Notes: generated from the letters alone by a model not told the origin. DNA of 64,000 nucleotides from Planctomycetota bacterium (GCA_045863855.1 BTVV01000026.1:1-64000); one strand, 5' to 3'. Positions 1 to 9,846 are shown, counted from the stretch's first letter. A program made the numbers and translations.

Positions 1-23
1 CGCAGGTCACGGAATGCTCGAAC

Positions 24-926
24 GTGCCGGCGCCGATTCATCAGCCGCCGGTGGCTTATCTGTTTGGCTCCAGCCGCCCGCTGCCGCTGGTGGCGGGCGC
101 GACGTACTCTCTGGGCCGCGATCCCAACTGCACGATCCCGGTGGACGCGAAGAACATCAGCCGGCAGCATGCGAGGCTGCGCGTATCGACCTTTGGACGC
201 GTGGAACTGATGGATTTGAACTCGACGAACGGGACGTTCTTGCGCGACGAACGCCTGGCGCCGGAAACGCCGCGCGTCCTGGCAGACGGTAACAGCTTCC
301 GGATCGGCAGCCGCCTCTTCTGGGTGGTGCTGGGGCCGGGTGCGAGCGCGAGCGACGGATCGAGTTCGCGTCTGCCGCGGCTGAGCGCGCTTTCGGGCGG
401 GCAGCCCCGGCCGGGCAGCGGAAGCGTGACAGCTCGCGATCCGCTGGAACCGATCGGCCTCCAGACGGTGATGACGACCCGCGCGGTGCCGGCGCTTTCG
501 AGCGATCCGGCCAGGCGTGACGATCTGCCGCCGCTTTCCACGCAGGACGAAACGATGAGCGGACCGCTGCATGCCTTCGCGGTTCCGGTGCTGCTGCATT
601 ACTTGCAAGTGACCGGGCAGACGGGCGATCTGGATCTGATCGCCGCCGGGCAACGCTACCGGTTCCACCTGGAAGTGGGGCGGCTGGTCTTCGCGCACGG
701 CATACAGGGCGCGTCGGAAGGCTTCCAATTCTCGGACTTGCCGGCGCTGAAGGGCAGCGCCGCGGTGCTGGCGGCGGCGCACCTGCACGCGGGGAGTTTC
801 CGCTTCTACCGTTCCAAAGCCGCGCCCGGCGCGTGGAACGTGACCGCTCCGACTTCGACGCTGCTGTTCGAAAGCTGCTGGGCGATCGACAGGCTGGCAG
901 CGCAGATGACCGGACGCGTAGCGTAG
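24..926 (+). CDS. FHA-domain protein with C-terminal DUF4388 (PATAN-like) domain; frame is open to the window edge so the start may lie upstream
   Basis: FHA motifs LGRD...ISRQHA...DLNSTNGTF; C-terminal MSGPLHAFAVPVLLHYLQVTGQTGDL...EVGRLVFA fits DUF4388. Confidence 0.85.
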   Translation: MPAPIHQPPVAYLFGSSRPLPLVAGATYSLGRDPNCTIPVDAKNISRQHARLRVSTFGRVELMDLNSTNGTFLRDERLAPETPRVLADGNSFRIGSRLFWVVLGPGASASDGSSSRLPRLSALSGGQPRPGSGSVTARDPLEPIGLQTVMTTRAVPALSSDPARRDDLPPLSTQDETMSGPLHAFAVPVLLHYLQVTGQTGDLDLIAAGQRYRFHLEVGRLVFAHGIQGASEGFQFSDLPALKGSAAVLAAAHLHAGSFRFYRSKAAPGAWNVTAPTSTLLFESCWAIDRLAAQMTGRVA

Positions 927-984
927 GATTCGATTTTAGAAAAATAATCTTGGATGAGCGCGGGCTTCGACGGGCGCCTGCCGG

Positions 985-1767
985 CTACGGGGCCTTAAAG
1001 ATCTCGGCGAAGAAGCTCGTCATGGCGGCCCAGGAGCGATGGTCGGCTTTGGCTTCGTAGGCGGATCCTTTCGAAGGATCGTTTCCGGCGGCGGGCTTGG
1101 TGAAGCTGTGTACGGCTCCGCCGTAACTGACCATCTGCCAGTCGACTTTCGCGTCGCGCATTTCTTTCTGAAAGGCCAAAACTTCGGACTCGGGTACGTG
1201 GGGGTCGTCGGCGCCGTGAAGGACCAGGACTCGCGCCTTGATCTGCTTCGCATCCTCCGGCGCCGGCGTACCGAGTCCGCCGTGAAAGCTGGCGATTCCG
1301 GTTACATCCGCGCCTGAGCGAGCGAGTTCGAGGACGCAGGTTCCGCCGAAGCAGTAGCCGATGGCGGCCGTGCGCTGCGCATCGACCTTGGCGTGCGCTT
1401 TGAGAAGTTCGAGCGCGAGGTTCATCCGGCGGCGCATGCCGGGCCGATCGTTCTTCCATTTACCCGCTTGCTCGCCGGCTTCCTGCGGCGACTTGGGGCG
1501 CACTTCCTTCCCGTACATATCGACCATCAACGCCACGTAGCCGAGTTTGACCAGTTCGGCGGCTTTCTCGGCGTAGTAGGGGCTGGGGCCCATCCAGTCG
1601 GGGACGAGGAGCACGCCTGGGCGCTTCTCGGCGGCGGAGGCGTCGAAGACCCAGGCGCCTTCGAGCAGGGCGTCGCCATCCTTGTACTCGACGGGCTGAG
1701 TCACGACTTCGGCGCGGACCGCGCAGGCCGCGGCACATGTCAGCAGGATGGTCCATAAAGCGCGCAT
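985..1767 (-). CDS. Dienelactone hydrolase family protein with signal peptide
   Basis: GYCFGG nucleophile, HGADD, HSF; real start MRALWTILL with GGAGA RBS (the 686-aa ORF extension is spurious). Confidence 0.9.
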   Translation of the reverse strand: MRALWTILLTCAAACAVRAEVVTQPVEYKDGDALLEGAWVFDASAAEKRPGVLLVPDWMGPSPYYAEKAAELVKLGYVALMVDMYGKEVRPKSPQEAGEQAGKWKNDRPGMRRRMNLALELLKAHAKVDAQRTAAIGYCFGGTCVLELARSGADVTGIASFHGGLGTPAPEDAKQIKARVLVLHGADDPHVPESEVLAFQKEMRDAKVDWQMVSYGGAVHSFTKPAAGNDPSKGSAYEAKADHRSWAAMTSFFAEIFKAP

Positions 1768-1850
1768 GGTTCGTCTCCCGTTCTCGAATCCCGGCGGGCG
1801 CATGGTAGCGTATGGGTTCGAGAGAACCAACATCACATCGGGAGCGCGCG

Positions 1851-2324
1851 ATGCAGAACATTCTGATCCTGGGCTGGCACCCCGTGGCGGGGGCGTTGCT
1901 GGAAGAACTGGCGCAGACGGCGGAAGCGCGCGGTTGGTCCCTGGCGGTGGCGGGCGCGGAGGCGCTGCGGGAGGCCGCGGCGTACCGCGACCGCGTGCGC
2001 GCGCTGACGCTGGAGGCCGGCCAGACGGAGGCGCGGGCGAAGCGGATCGCGCTGGCGGCGGTGGTGCTGGATTTCCTGGGCGCGGAGTCGCAAGCCGAAC
2101 TGGCGCGGGAAGCGATTCCGTTCGGGACGAACGTGCTCTCGGCGGCCGCGCCCCAGGAGGCCACTCGCGCGCAGGACGCCGCGGCGCGCGCCGAGCGGGT
2201 GCTGGTGCTGGGCGGATTGGAAGGATCGGACGCGGCGCGCTGGTTGAAGGCGATCGCGCTGGCCCTGGACGAGCGGCGCACGCTGCACGGCGTACACGCG
2301 GCGGCAGACGCGCTGCCGGCGTAG
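1851..2324 (+). CDS. Stand-alone Rossmann-like protein resembling the NAD(P)-binding domain of saccharopine dehydrogenase
   Basis: MQNILILGW start strand, WSLAVAG, RAKRIALAAVVLDFL, LAREAIPFGTNVLSA; GGAG RBS before ATG 1851. Confidence 0.5.
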   Translation: MQNILILGWHPVAGALLEELAQTAEARGWSLAVAGAEALREAAAYRDRVRALTLEAGQTEARAKRIALAAVVLDFLGAESQAELAREAIPFGTNVLSAAAPQEATRAQDAAARAERVLVLGGLEGSDAARWLKAIALALDERRTLHGVHAAADALPA

Positions 2325-2329
2325 CTACC

Positions 2330-2359
2330 AAAAAAACGGCGCGGCCTGAGGCCGCGCCG
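2330..2359 (-). terminator. Intrinsic terminator of the 2391-3677 gene
   Basis: Stem CGGCGCGGCC/GGCCGCGCCG (2337-2346/2350-2359), 3-nt loop, followed by T7 on the minus strand. Confidence 0.85.
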
Positions 2360-2390
2360 GTGCTCGAACGCTTCCGCGAATTCGCGGCGG

Positions 2391-3677
2391 TTATTCTTCT
2401 TCCTGGACGGCGGGCTGGGTCTTCTTGTTCTGGCCGTCGAGCACGTTCTCGAGGCCGCCCATGCCGCCTTCTTCGGACTTCTTGGCTTCCACCTTGGCGG
2501 CTTTCTCTTCGGCGGCCTTGCCTTCGCGTTCGGCCAAGTAGGCCTCGTACTTCTTGAGATCGCTGCCGTAATTGCGCCCGGCGACGTGAGCCAGCGCGCC
2601 CAGCGCGATGGCTTTCTTGGTGCCGAGGTTTTCGCTGCGCGCGATCTGAATCAGGTGCTTGATTGCTTCGTCGCCCATGTTCTTGAGGACCTTCAGCGCG
2701 CGGGCCGCTTCGGGCGAGCCGGGCTTGTGCTCGATCCAGTTCAACTGATCCAGCACACCGCTCATGGTGGGCTTGCCGCCGGCGGGCGCGGCAAACTGGG
2801 CCTGAATCATCTGCAGTACGGCCCAGCACTGGCGCTGGACCTGCGGATTCTTGTCCTGCGTGCCCTTCTGCAAGTAAGGGATGACGATGGAGCCCATCTT
2901 GGAGAGAGCCTCCATCATGCGCGCTTCGGCTTCGTCGACCTGCATGGGAATGTCGCCGGTGACGAGCTTGAAGGTAGCGAAAGTCTTGGCGAGATCCTTC
3001 GAGAGTCCGGTCTTGTTCAGACCGTCGCGGCCTTTGGCGACCCATTCCTTGAGGATGGCTTGTTTCTTGGCGTTATCTTTCTCCATCGCGGCCTGTTCGA
3101 GCATCTTCTGCAGTTCTTTGTTGGCGTCGAAGAACTGCTTGACCTTCGCGTCGAGCGCGTTGCGGCGGGCGTCGTCGCCGAAGCGGACGGAATCGGTGAA
3201 GCACTGGACGATGAACTCGGCACACTTCTCGTTAAGAGGCGCCTTGAGCTGCGTGCTGCGCTGCCAAGTGCGCTGCGCGTATTCGACCATCAGCTCGCGG
3301 AGTTCTTCGGTGTGCCAGAGCGGGAAGCTGTCGGGGCAAGGCAGGTAGTTGTCGACTTCGCGCATGGCCTGCGCGCAGCGGTTCATGATCAGCAGGTAGA
3401 AGTCGAGGTCGTTTTTGTTGTACTTGATGACGCAATGGCGCTCGTAGTAATCGATGCAGGGCTGGTCGAGCAGGAAGAAGTTGCCCGGATTCTTGGCCCA
3501 ATCGGCATTCTTGGCGTTCGCGGCGGCAGCAGGTGCTGGCGGCTTGGTTTCGTCGCCATCGGAATACTCTTCGGAATCCGGGTTCGGGACGTGCCAGTGC
3601 GGGCCGTCGGCCAGCGCCTGGATGCCCCACAGGCCCAGTGCCAAAACCGCTAACCCGATGACCAGCTTGGACTTCAT
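2391..3677 (-). CDS. Hypothetical secreted alpha-helical protein with HEAT/PBS-like repeats
   Basis: Signal peptide MKSKLVIGLAVLALGLWGIQALA; repeats EALSKMGSIVIPYL and KVLKNMGDEAIKHL; AAGGAGG RBS; own terminator. Confidence 0.75.
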   Translation of the reverse strand: MKSKLVIGLAVLALGLWGIQALADGPHWHVPNPDSEEYSDGDETKPPAPAAAANAKNADWAKNPGNFFLLDQPCIDYYERHCVIKYNKNDLDFYLLIMNRCAQAMREVDNYLPCPDSFPLWHTEELRELMVEYAQRTWQRSTQLKAPLNEKCAEFIVQCFTDSVRFGDDARRNALDAKVKQFFDANKELQKMLEQAAMEKDNAKKQAILKEWVAKGRDGLNKTGLSKDLAKTFATFKLVTGDIPMQVDEAEARMMEALSKMGSIVIPYLQKGTQDKNPQVQRQCWAVLQMIQAQFAAPAGGKPTMSGVLDQLNWIEHKPGSPEAARALKVLKNMGDEAIKHLIQIARSENLGTKKAIALGALAHVAGRNYGSDLKKYEAYLAEREGKAAEEKAAKVEAKKSEEGGMGGLENVLDGQNKKTQPAVQEEE

Positions 3678-3923
3678 AGCCTGCCTCCTTGCGCTGCGCC
3701 GAGGTCGACCCGACCCGCCTAACCCTTTTATTCAAAACACTTTACAGAACTCGCGACGCCATTATCAACGGCGCGGCCCGGCGATCTGTGGATGCTCCTA
3801 CTCGTTGTTGATCGAGAAGAGGTCTAGCGCACACGGGATTTTGCTCGAATTTGGGACCTTTCGGGGCTTTGGGACCATCCTTTAAGGTAGCCGCGGTAGG
3901 CGGTGGCGATTAGGGGGCGTTGC

Positions 3924-5009
3924 ATGCGGCATATTGGAACGATCGGATGGGGTTTTCTGTTCGCCTGTAGCCTGAGTGCGAAGCTCGCGTGGGGCGGCGC
4001 GGCTCCGGTGGAGGCGCCTGTGGAGACGCTACATTACGCCAGCAGCGTCGATCGGATTCAGCCGTTGCAGGTCGATGTGGCGCTGATAAAGGACGGGCGG
4101 CCGAAGCCGGTGCTGGTGGTGATGCACGGTTACGGCGGGAACCGCGGCAACATGACCGCCGACCTCAAGGCGCACGCGGCACGCGGGATCGTGGCGCTGG
4201 CGCCGGACATGCGCGGCGCGGGGGGCTCGGCGGGTCGCTTCGACAGCGGCGGGCTGGAGATTCACGACATCCTCGACGCGGTGCTGGAAGTGCTGAAAAA
4301 GTATCCGCAGGAGACCGACCCGAAGAATCTGAATATCGTCGGTTACAGCGGCGGCGGCGGAAACGCGATCGCGTGCATGGTGCGCTTCCCGGACCTCTTT
4401 CATTCGTACACTTCGTTCTTCGGGATCAGCGACTATGCGGCATGGCACCGTTCGGGCGGAAGGAAGGACTGCAATTCGAAAATGGAGGCGGCGCTGGGCG
4501 GGCCTCCGGACGCCAAGCCGGAGGTGTACCTGGCGCGGAATTTCATTCCCGCGGCCGGAAATGCGCGGTGCGGAAGCCTCCATTTCTGCTGGGACGAACA
4601 GGAAAAACAATGTCCGCCGCAGATGATCGAGGATTTCGTCGCGGCGTACCGGCAAGCAGGCGGCACGCGCGCGGCGGTGCATGTGAGCAAAGCAGGCGAC
4701 AAAGCGCGCTGGACGCATGGCTATCGGCCGGCGGGGAACGCCGCGGACGCGCTCTTTTTGCCCGATGTCCTGGCGCCGAAGCCGAAAGCCCCGGCGCTCC
4801 CGCCCACCGGCCGGCTGGTGGTGCCCGGGTTTTTGGTCACGCGGCACTTCGCGGTCTGGATCGGCGAGTCCAAAAAAGGCGACGTGCTAGGCCAAGTCAC
4901 CGTCGAGTACGACCTTCGCGGCGCGCAGCCGGTGGTGAAGGTGATCGAGAATGCGAAGCAGTACGCGGTGACCATCGAGGCCTCTCCGCTGGCGGCGCTG
5001 CCGCGCTAG
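3924..5009 (+). CDS. Secreted alpha/beta hydrolase (S9 peptidase/esterase-like)
   Basis: VVMHGYGG oxyanion segment, APDMRG, GYSGGG nucleophile elbow; signal peptide. Confidence 0.8.
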   Translation: MRHIGTIGWGFLFACSLSAKLAWGGAAPVEAPVETLHYASSVDRIQPLQVDVALIKDGRPKPVLVVMHGYGGNRGNMTADLKAHAARGIVALAPDMRGAGGSAGRFDSGGLEIHDILDAVLEVLKKYPQETDPKNLNIVGYSGGGGNAIACMVRFPDLFHSYTSFFGISDYAAWHRSGGRKDCNSKMEAALGGPPDAKPEVYLARNFIPAAGNARCGSLHFCWDEQEKQCPPQMIEDFVAAYRQAGGTRAAVHVSKAGDKARWTHGYRPAGNAADALFLPDVLAPKPKAPALPPTGRLVVPGFLVTRHFAVWIGESKKGDVLGQVTVEYDLRGAQPVVKVIENAKQYAVTIEASPLAALPR

Positions 5010-5020
5010 AGACGCCGGTC

Positions 5021-6112
5021 TTACCGCGGAGGCGCCAGAGTGGTTCCCTCGTGCCAAACGGCGGGCACGCGGGTGGTGACCGGCTTCGGCGCTAGCAAGA
5101 CTTCGACGGCCGTCCTGCCCAAGGCTTTGAAGTCGATTCGGGGGCCCGAATAACCCGCGGTTCGTGCCCCTACGCCCGAGAAAGCAACGATGCTCAGGTC
5201 GCGCGGGACGGCCAGCCCGAGCGCTTGAGCGCAGCGCGAGACGAGGCGCGCGCGCCCGCTGTCCACGCACAGCGCCGCCGTAATCCGTTTGGAGCCCGTC
5301 ATGATCCGGCGCAACCCGCCGTGCGCCGCGGTATCGCGCGAAATGGTGCTGATCATCGGACACGCGTGGCTGCCGAGCCGGTGCGCGCGCAGCGCGGCTC
5401 GAAAACCCGCCAACCGTTCGCGGGAATCCGGGTCCGGTTCCCCCAAGGTGGCGCTGAGCATCTGCACAAAACCGATGCGGCGGTGCCCCAGAACGATGAG
5501 CCGCTCGCAGGCTTCTCGCGCCGCGCGCTCGTTGTCCACGGCTACGGCGGGCGGTCCTTGCGCGAAGGGCGGCAGATCCACCTGCACCACCGGGATGGGC
5601 AGCCGAGCCCAGCGTTCGAAGACGGGCCGCGTGCCGATGCTGGCCACCAGGACGCCCGCGAGCGGAAGCCCGAGATGCCGCTCGGGGAGCGCCTCGCGCA
5701 GATAGTAGTCGTGCGCGACGAGGAAATGGCGTTCGGCGAGGCCGAGGCCTTCGACCAGACCCAGGAAAAGCGCTTCGCTGTCGGCGTTCTTCAACAGATC
5801 GGACATGGGATAGCCGTAAACGACGAGGATCCAGCCCTTATCCCGGCGCGCGAAGCGCGGATCCTGCGCGCGCACCAGCCTTCCGCGGGCATTGGAAACG
5901 ATCCAGCCTTCCTCGCGCAGTTGCCCGACGGCGGCGCGAGCGGTCTCCCGCCCTACCCCGAACATGCGCGCGAACTGCGCCAGCGAAGGCAGGACCGCCA
6001 GCGGCGGCCACACGCCTTGTTCGAGCTTCGCGCGCAACTGTATTGCCGTATGGCGGTAAAGCGCCTGTGCGGTGGGCGGCCGGCCTGGTTTGAGTTTGGG
6101 ATGAGCAGCCAT
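5021..6112 (-). CDS. GntR-type HTH plus LacI-type sugar-binding transcriptional regulator
   Basis: LPSLAQFARMFGVGRETARAAVGQLREEG HTH; VAVDN, LGHRRIG, VPRDLSIVAF. Confidence 0.85.
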   Translation of the reverse strand: MAAHPKLKPGRPPTAQALYRHTAIQLRAKLEQGVWPPLAVLPSLAQFARMFGVGRETARAAVGQLREEGWIVSNARGRLVRAQDPRFARRDKGWILVVYGYPMSDLLKNADSEALFLGLVEGLGLAERHFLVAHDYYLREALPERHLGLPLAGVLVASIGTRPVFERWARLPIPVVQVDLPPFAQGPPAVAVDNERAAREACERLIVLGHRRIGFVQMLSATLGEPDPDSRERLAGFRAALRAHRLGSHACPMISTISRDTAAHGGLRRIMTGSKRITAALCVDSGRARLVSRCAQALGLAVPRDLSIVAFSGVGARTAGYSGPRIDFKALGRTAVEVLLAPKPVTTRVPAVWHEGTTLAPPR

Positions 6113-6130
6113 GCGGCCATTATACACACA
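6113..6130 (-). promoter_or_regulatory. -10 element (TATAAT) 6 nt upstream of the regulator ATG; overlaps a TTATACACA DnaA-box match (6120-6128)
   Basis: Minus strand tgtgTATAATggccgcATG. Confidence 0.55.
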
Positions 6131-6216
6131 TAAACACACGATTAAAGTAATAGCGCTCAAAGGTCCGCCGACGCGCGGTATACCGATGCAGGCAGAGAGC
6201 ACACAAGGAGACGGCG

Positions 6217-8706
6217 ATGAACGGGTATCGCTCACAAGTACTGCTGCTGGCGGTCCTGGCGGTTTGCTCGGCGCGCGGAGAGGCGGCCGAGTCTTCGAAC
6301 GGCCCGGAGCGCCCGCCCGCCATCCCCGCCCTGAAGTCCTCGCTCCAGGTGGACGGCGACCTAAGCGACGCCGCCTGGACTCAGGCGCTGGCCCTCAAAC
6401 TAGAACAGCACGCCGACGTCAAAAAGCGGCCCGGAAAGCCCAAGGATGCGACCGACCTGCGCCTGACCATGGATGCCGAGAACCTGTACCTCGCGTTTTC
6501 CTGCCAGGAATCGCACGCTGACGGCCCTTGGGTCTGCAAGGAGAAGTTCGAGCGCAAAGGGCTCTCCATTCTGGGTTCGGACTACGTCGCGATCGAGGTC
6601 ATGGGCGGCAAGTTCACGGTGCTTTCGTACCTCCAGATTTACGCCAACGCCGCGGGCCAGTGCCACGCCTACGCCCTTCACGCCGGGGGCGGGATGACCA
6701 CCTGGGACGGTTTCTCGCAACCGGACTTGGGCATCCATCCCGTCTGCGCGGCCAAGATCGATCCGGCCCAAAAGGCTTGGTACGTGGAGATGAAGCTGCC
6801 GCTTGCGCAGATCCTGCGGCATCCCATGGACGGGGCTCCGAAATATTTGAACTTCAACTTTCGCCGCGTGCAATGGGGCGCCGACCGCGGCCACAAGCCG
6901 CGCGCGGACTGGACCGGCATGGCCGACTTCGGCAAAGGCGCCATACATTACGAGCATATGGTGACGTGGAAACCGATCGAGTTCGGCACGCAGCGCGCCA
7001 GCGTGGGCTCCGCCGACATCAACAAAATCAACGCCTCGCCGCATGTGCCGGCTTATCACTGTTGCGCTCCGGTCGAACTGAGTCTGCATGCGTTCGAGAA
7101 CAAACTGCTTCCTCCGGAGAACATCTCGCGCGAGTACGAATCGCAGTACTACCGCTTCATATACCCCCGCGTGGAAGTCCTGGACGACCACCTTCCCACC
7201 ACCTTCGCGAAGGTGGATACCAAGACCGTAATGCCCAATCCGGCGTTCGATCCCCAGGCGGCATTCGTGCAAAAGCCCGTTTGCACTGCGACGTCCGCCG
7301 GCGTGCAGATTCGCTTCAGCGTCAAAGAAGCGGTGGACGTTCATGTGGCGATCGTGGACCGGAATAACAAAATCGTGCGGCATCTCGCTTCCGGCGTGCT
7401 GGGAAACAACGCGCCCGAACCGCTGGCCGCCCACAGTCTGTCGCAGAATCTGTTGTGGGACGGAAAAGACGATTACGGCCAGCCCCTGCCTTCGGGCTCG
7501 TATAAAGCTCGCGTGGCCCTGCGCCTCAAGCCAACGTACTCCGGCGAGATGCCGCTGGGCAAGTTCACCGAACTCGACAGCTACAAATTCCTCGATCTGG
7601 AGAATCTCCCCAGCCCCAAGGTGGATGCCAAGGGCATGTCCGCGATCGACCACGCCGGCGGCGCGAACAACATCATCCAGATCGACCGGGAACGAAACGA
7701 GCTGTACCTCTCCGGGCAAGTCGTTCACGACGCGACCACGGGCGAACAGCGGCGGGACATGAATCTCTTTAAGGATGAAAAGGGCAACCGCAAGCTGACG
7801 GGCTCGCTCGCGAAAGAAGGCGAGATCGCATTCGGCCGGGACGGATTCATGTACGTGCGCAGCTTCAACGATATCGTGCGCCTGGACCGTCTAGGAAATC
7901 CGGCCAAGTTTGCCGATATGAACGTGAACTTTTCGGGGTATTTCCTGGGCAGCAATTACAACCCGCTGCGCGGCATATGCGTGGGCGGCCCGGACGGCGA
8001 TGTGTACCTCATTCACGGAATCGTGCAGCACGGAAACGGGTCGACGCAGATCTCGCAGATGGGCACGAACGGACGCGTGAAGCGCTATGGATACATCTCT
8101 CTGCGAACGCAAGCGGGCGGCATCAAGGTGGACCGCAAAGGGTATGTGTACGTCGGCTGCACCGTCCGGCCTTCGGACGCGCTGGTTCCGCCCGACCTGG
8201 CCCGCCAGATTTCGCCGGACGTGCGCGAAATTTACAAATGGTCCTACGGTTCCATCGTGAAGTTCGATAAGGACGGCGGCTCCGCCGCGCTCGATCCCGC
8301 GGGCAAGTTCCTGCTCTGCAAGACGGGCCAAGCGAAACCCCAGGCGTGCACGCTCGAGGGCGCGCTGTGGGTGCATCCGGGGTATTCGCCCATGACCAAC
8401 CGCACCGGCGGCCCCGGCAACGGCCCCCGCTGCGCGTGCCACTCGCCGCGCTTCGAACTGGACGACTTCGAGCGGCTGTTCATTCCCGACGGCCTGATGG
8501 CGCGCGTCGAGATCGCGGACTCCAACGGCAATACGATGCTCTTTTTCGGCAAGCGCGGCGCGAATCAGGAAAAGCTCGAGTTCCGCTATCCTTCGATGGT
8601 CGCGGCCAACGACCACTTCTGCTACGTGGTCGACTACGTGATGGCAAAAACCATTCGCGTTAAACTCGACTACGAATGCGTCGAAGAGGTGGCTTGCACG
8701 AAATAG
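6217..8706 (+). CDS. Large secreted modular protein: CBM9/DOMON-like N-terminus, FlgD Ig-like domain, NHL-like beta-propeller
   Basis: Signal peptide; VDGDLSDAAW...DAENLYLAF; VRHLASGVLG...LWDGKDDYGQPLPSGSYKARV; GIKVDRKGYVYV; AAGGAG RBS. Confidence 0.7.
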   Translation: MNGYRSQVLLLAVLAVCSARGEAAESSNGPERPPAIPALKSSLQVDGDLSDAAWTQALALKLEQHADVKKRPGKPKDATDLRLTMDAENLYLAFSCQESHADGPWVCKEKFERKGLSILGSDYVAIEVMGGKFTVLSYLQIYANAAGQCHAYALHAGGGMTTWDGFSQPDLGIHPVCAAKIDPAQKAWYVEMKLPLAQILRHPMDGAPKYLNFNFRRVQWGADRGHKPRADWTGMADFGKGAIHYEHMVTWKPIEFGTQRASVGSADINKINASPHVPAYHCCAPVELSLHAFENKLLPPENISREYESQYYRFIYPRVEVLDDHLPTTFAKVDTKTVMPNPAFDPQAAFVQKPVCTATSAGVQIRFSVKEAVDVHVAIVDRNNKIVRHLASGVLGNNAPEPLAAHSLSQNLLWDGKDDYGQPLPSGSYKARVALRLKPTYSGEMPLGKFTELDSYKFLDLENLPSPKVDAKGMSAIDHAGGANNIIQIDRERNELYLSGQVVHDATTGEQRRDMNLFKDEKGNRKLTGSLAKEGEIAFGRDGFMYVRSFNDIVRLDRLGNPAKFADMNVNFSGYFLGSNYNPLRGICVGGPDGDVYLIHGIVQHGNGSTQISQMGTNGRVKRYGYISLRTQAGGIKVDRKGYVYVGCTVRPSDALVPPDLARQISPDVREIYKWSYGSIVKFDKDGGSAALDPAGKFLLCKTGQAKPQACTLEGALWVHPGYSPMTNRTGGPGNGPRCACHSPRFELDDFERLFIPDGLMARVEIADSNGNTMLFFGKRGANQEKLEFRYPSMVAANDHFCYVVDYVMAKTIRVKLDYECVEEVACTK

Positions 8707-8878
8707 AAGTGTTTGACCTGCGCAATAACGCCCGAGGACAGCGTGCGCCGCGCGCCGACCGTATAATTCTTGCAGCAAGATTCGAAGGAATTTATGCAGA
8801 AAACGAGGCTTATATTTTGACTTTCGCACGGGAAGCATCCACCATGCGCTTCGTTGGGCGCTCACGGGAGCTTCTTCG

Positions 8879-9787
8879 ATGCGTGCTATCCTTTTCGTTC
8901 TTCTCGCTTGCGCCGTGGCGTGGGCTCAGGAGCCTCCCGCGCCGGCTACGGAAAAGGCCGAAGGTTCGTACGTGCCCGATGGGTACGAACTCACCTTTTC
9001 CGACGAATTCAACGGCGACCGGCTCGACAAGACGAAGTGGAAAACTCGTTACATCTACGCCAACGAGACGCAGGACCGGCTGAACGACGAGCAACAACGT
9101 TATCGCGATAACGGCAACCATCTGCTCGAAAAGGGCACGCTGAAACTGATCGCCAAGAAGGTCGGCGACGCGCCGAAGACCGAAAAGACGCCGCACCCGA
9201 TCAACTACGAGTCGGGCATGATCCGCTCGACGCACACCCAGAAGTACGGCTACTTCGAGGCGCGCGTGAAATTCTGCGATGCGGTCGGCATCTGGCCGGC
9301 GTTCTGGCTGAATTCCGACTACGGACCGGACAAGAAACTTTCCTGGCCGCCCGAGATCGATATTTTCGAGTACGTCATCAACGGGAAGGAAGATACCGAA
9401 TTCATGATTCATGCCGGCGTGGTCAGCCGGCCCTCCACGGCAGCGGAAAACAAAGGGCAGCCCGCACAAGGCAAGGAATTCCTGTATACCGATCCGGCGT
9501 TCAACAAGCGTTGGACCTATTACCGTGCGCCGGAATCGCTGGCCAATCGGTGGCTTACCGCCGGCCTGGAATGGGACGAGACGAGCGCGACGATTTTTCT
9601 CGACGGCAAGAAGCTGGTGAGCTACGGGACCAAATGGGTCTACAACAGCGGTCGCGAAGCGCCGCCCGCGCACATCCTGCTGAATCTGGCCGTCGGGGGA
9701 AGTTGGGCCGGCCGGCACGGCATCGACGACTCGAAGCTCCCGTTCGTCTTCGAGATCGACTGGGTTCGCGCCTATAAGAAGAAGTGA
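8879..9787 (+). CDS. Glycoside hydrolase family 16 (laminarinase/beta-glucanase-like), secreted
   Basis: FSDEFNG, YGYFEAR, WPAFWL, catalytic WPPEIDIFE. Confidence 0.92.
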   Translation: MRAILFVLLACAVAWAQEPPAPATEKAEGSYVPDGYELTFSDEFNGDRLDKTKWKTRYIYANETQDRLNDEQQRYRDNGNHLLEKGTLKLIAKKVGDAPKTEKTPHPINYESGMIRSTHTQKYGYFEARVKFCDAVGIWPAFWLNSDYGPDKKLSWPPEIDIFEYVINGKEDTEFMIHAGVVSRPSTAAENKGQPAQGKEFLYTDPAFNKRWTYYRAPESLANRWLTAGLEWDETSATIFLDGKKLVSYGTKWVYNSGREAPPAHILLNLAVGGSWAGRHGIDDSKLPFVFEIDWVRAYKKK

Positions 9788-9846
9788 GCGCGCGGCGCGC
9801 TTCGGCGCTAGGCGAGTTCCGGGCGCGCGGCTAATCTCTGCGCGCT

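Noticed and set aside
1768..3045. 686-aa ORF as a fusion to dienelactone hydrolase
   Set aside because: The extension is Arg/Pro-rich off-frame sequence overlapping two better genes; an RBS and signal peptide mark 1767 as the start
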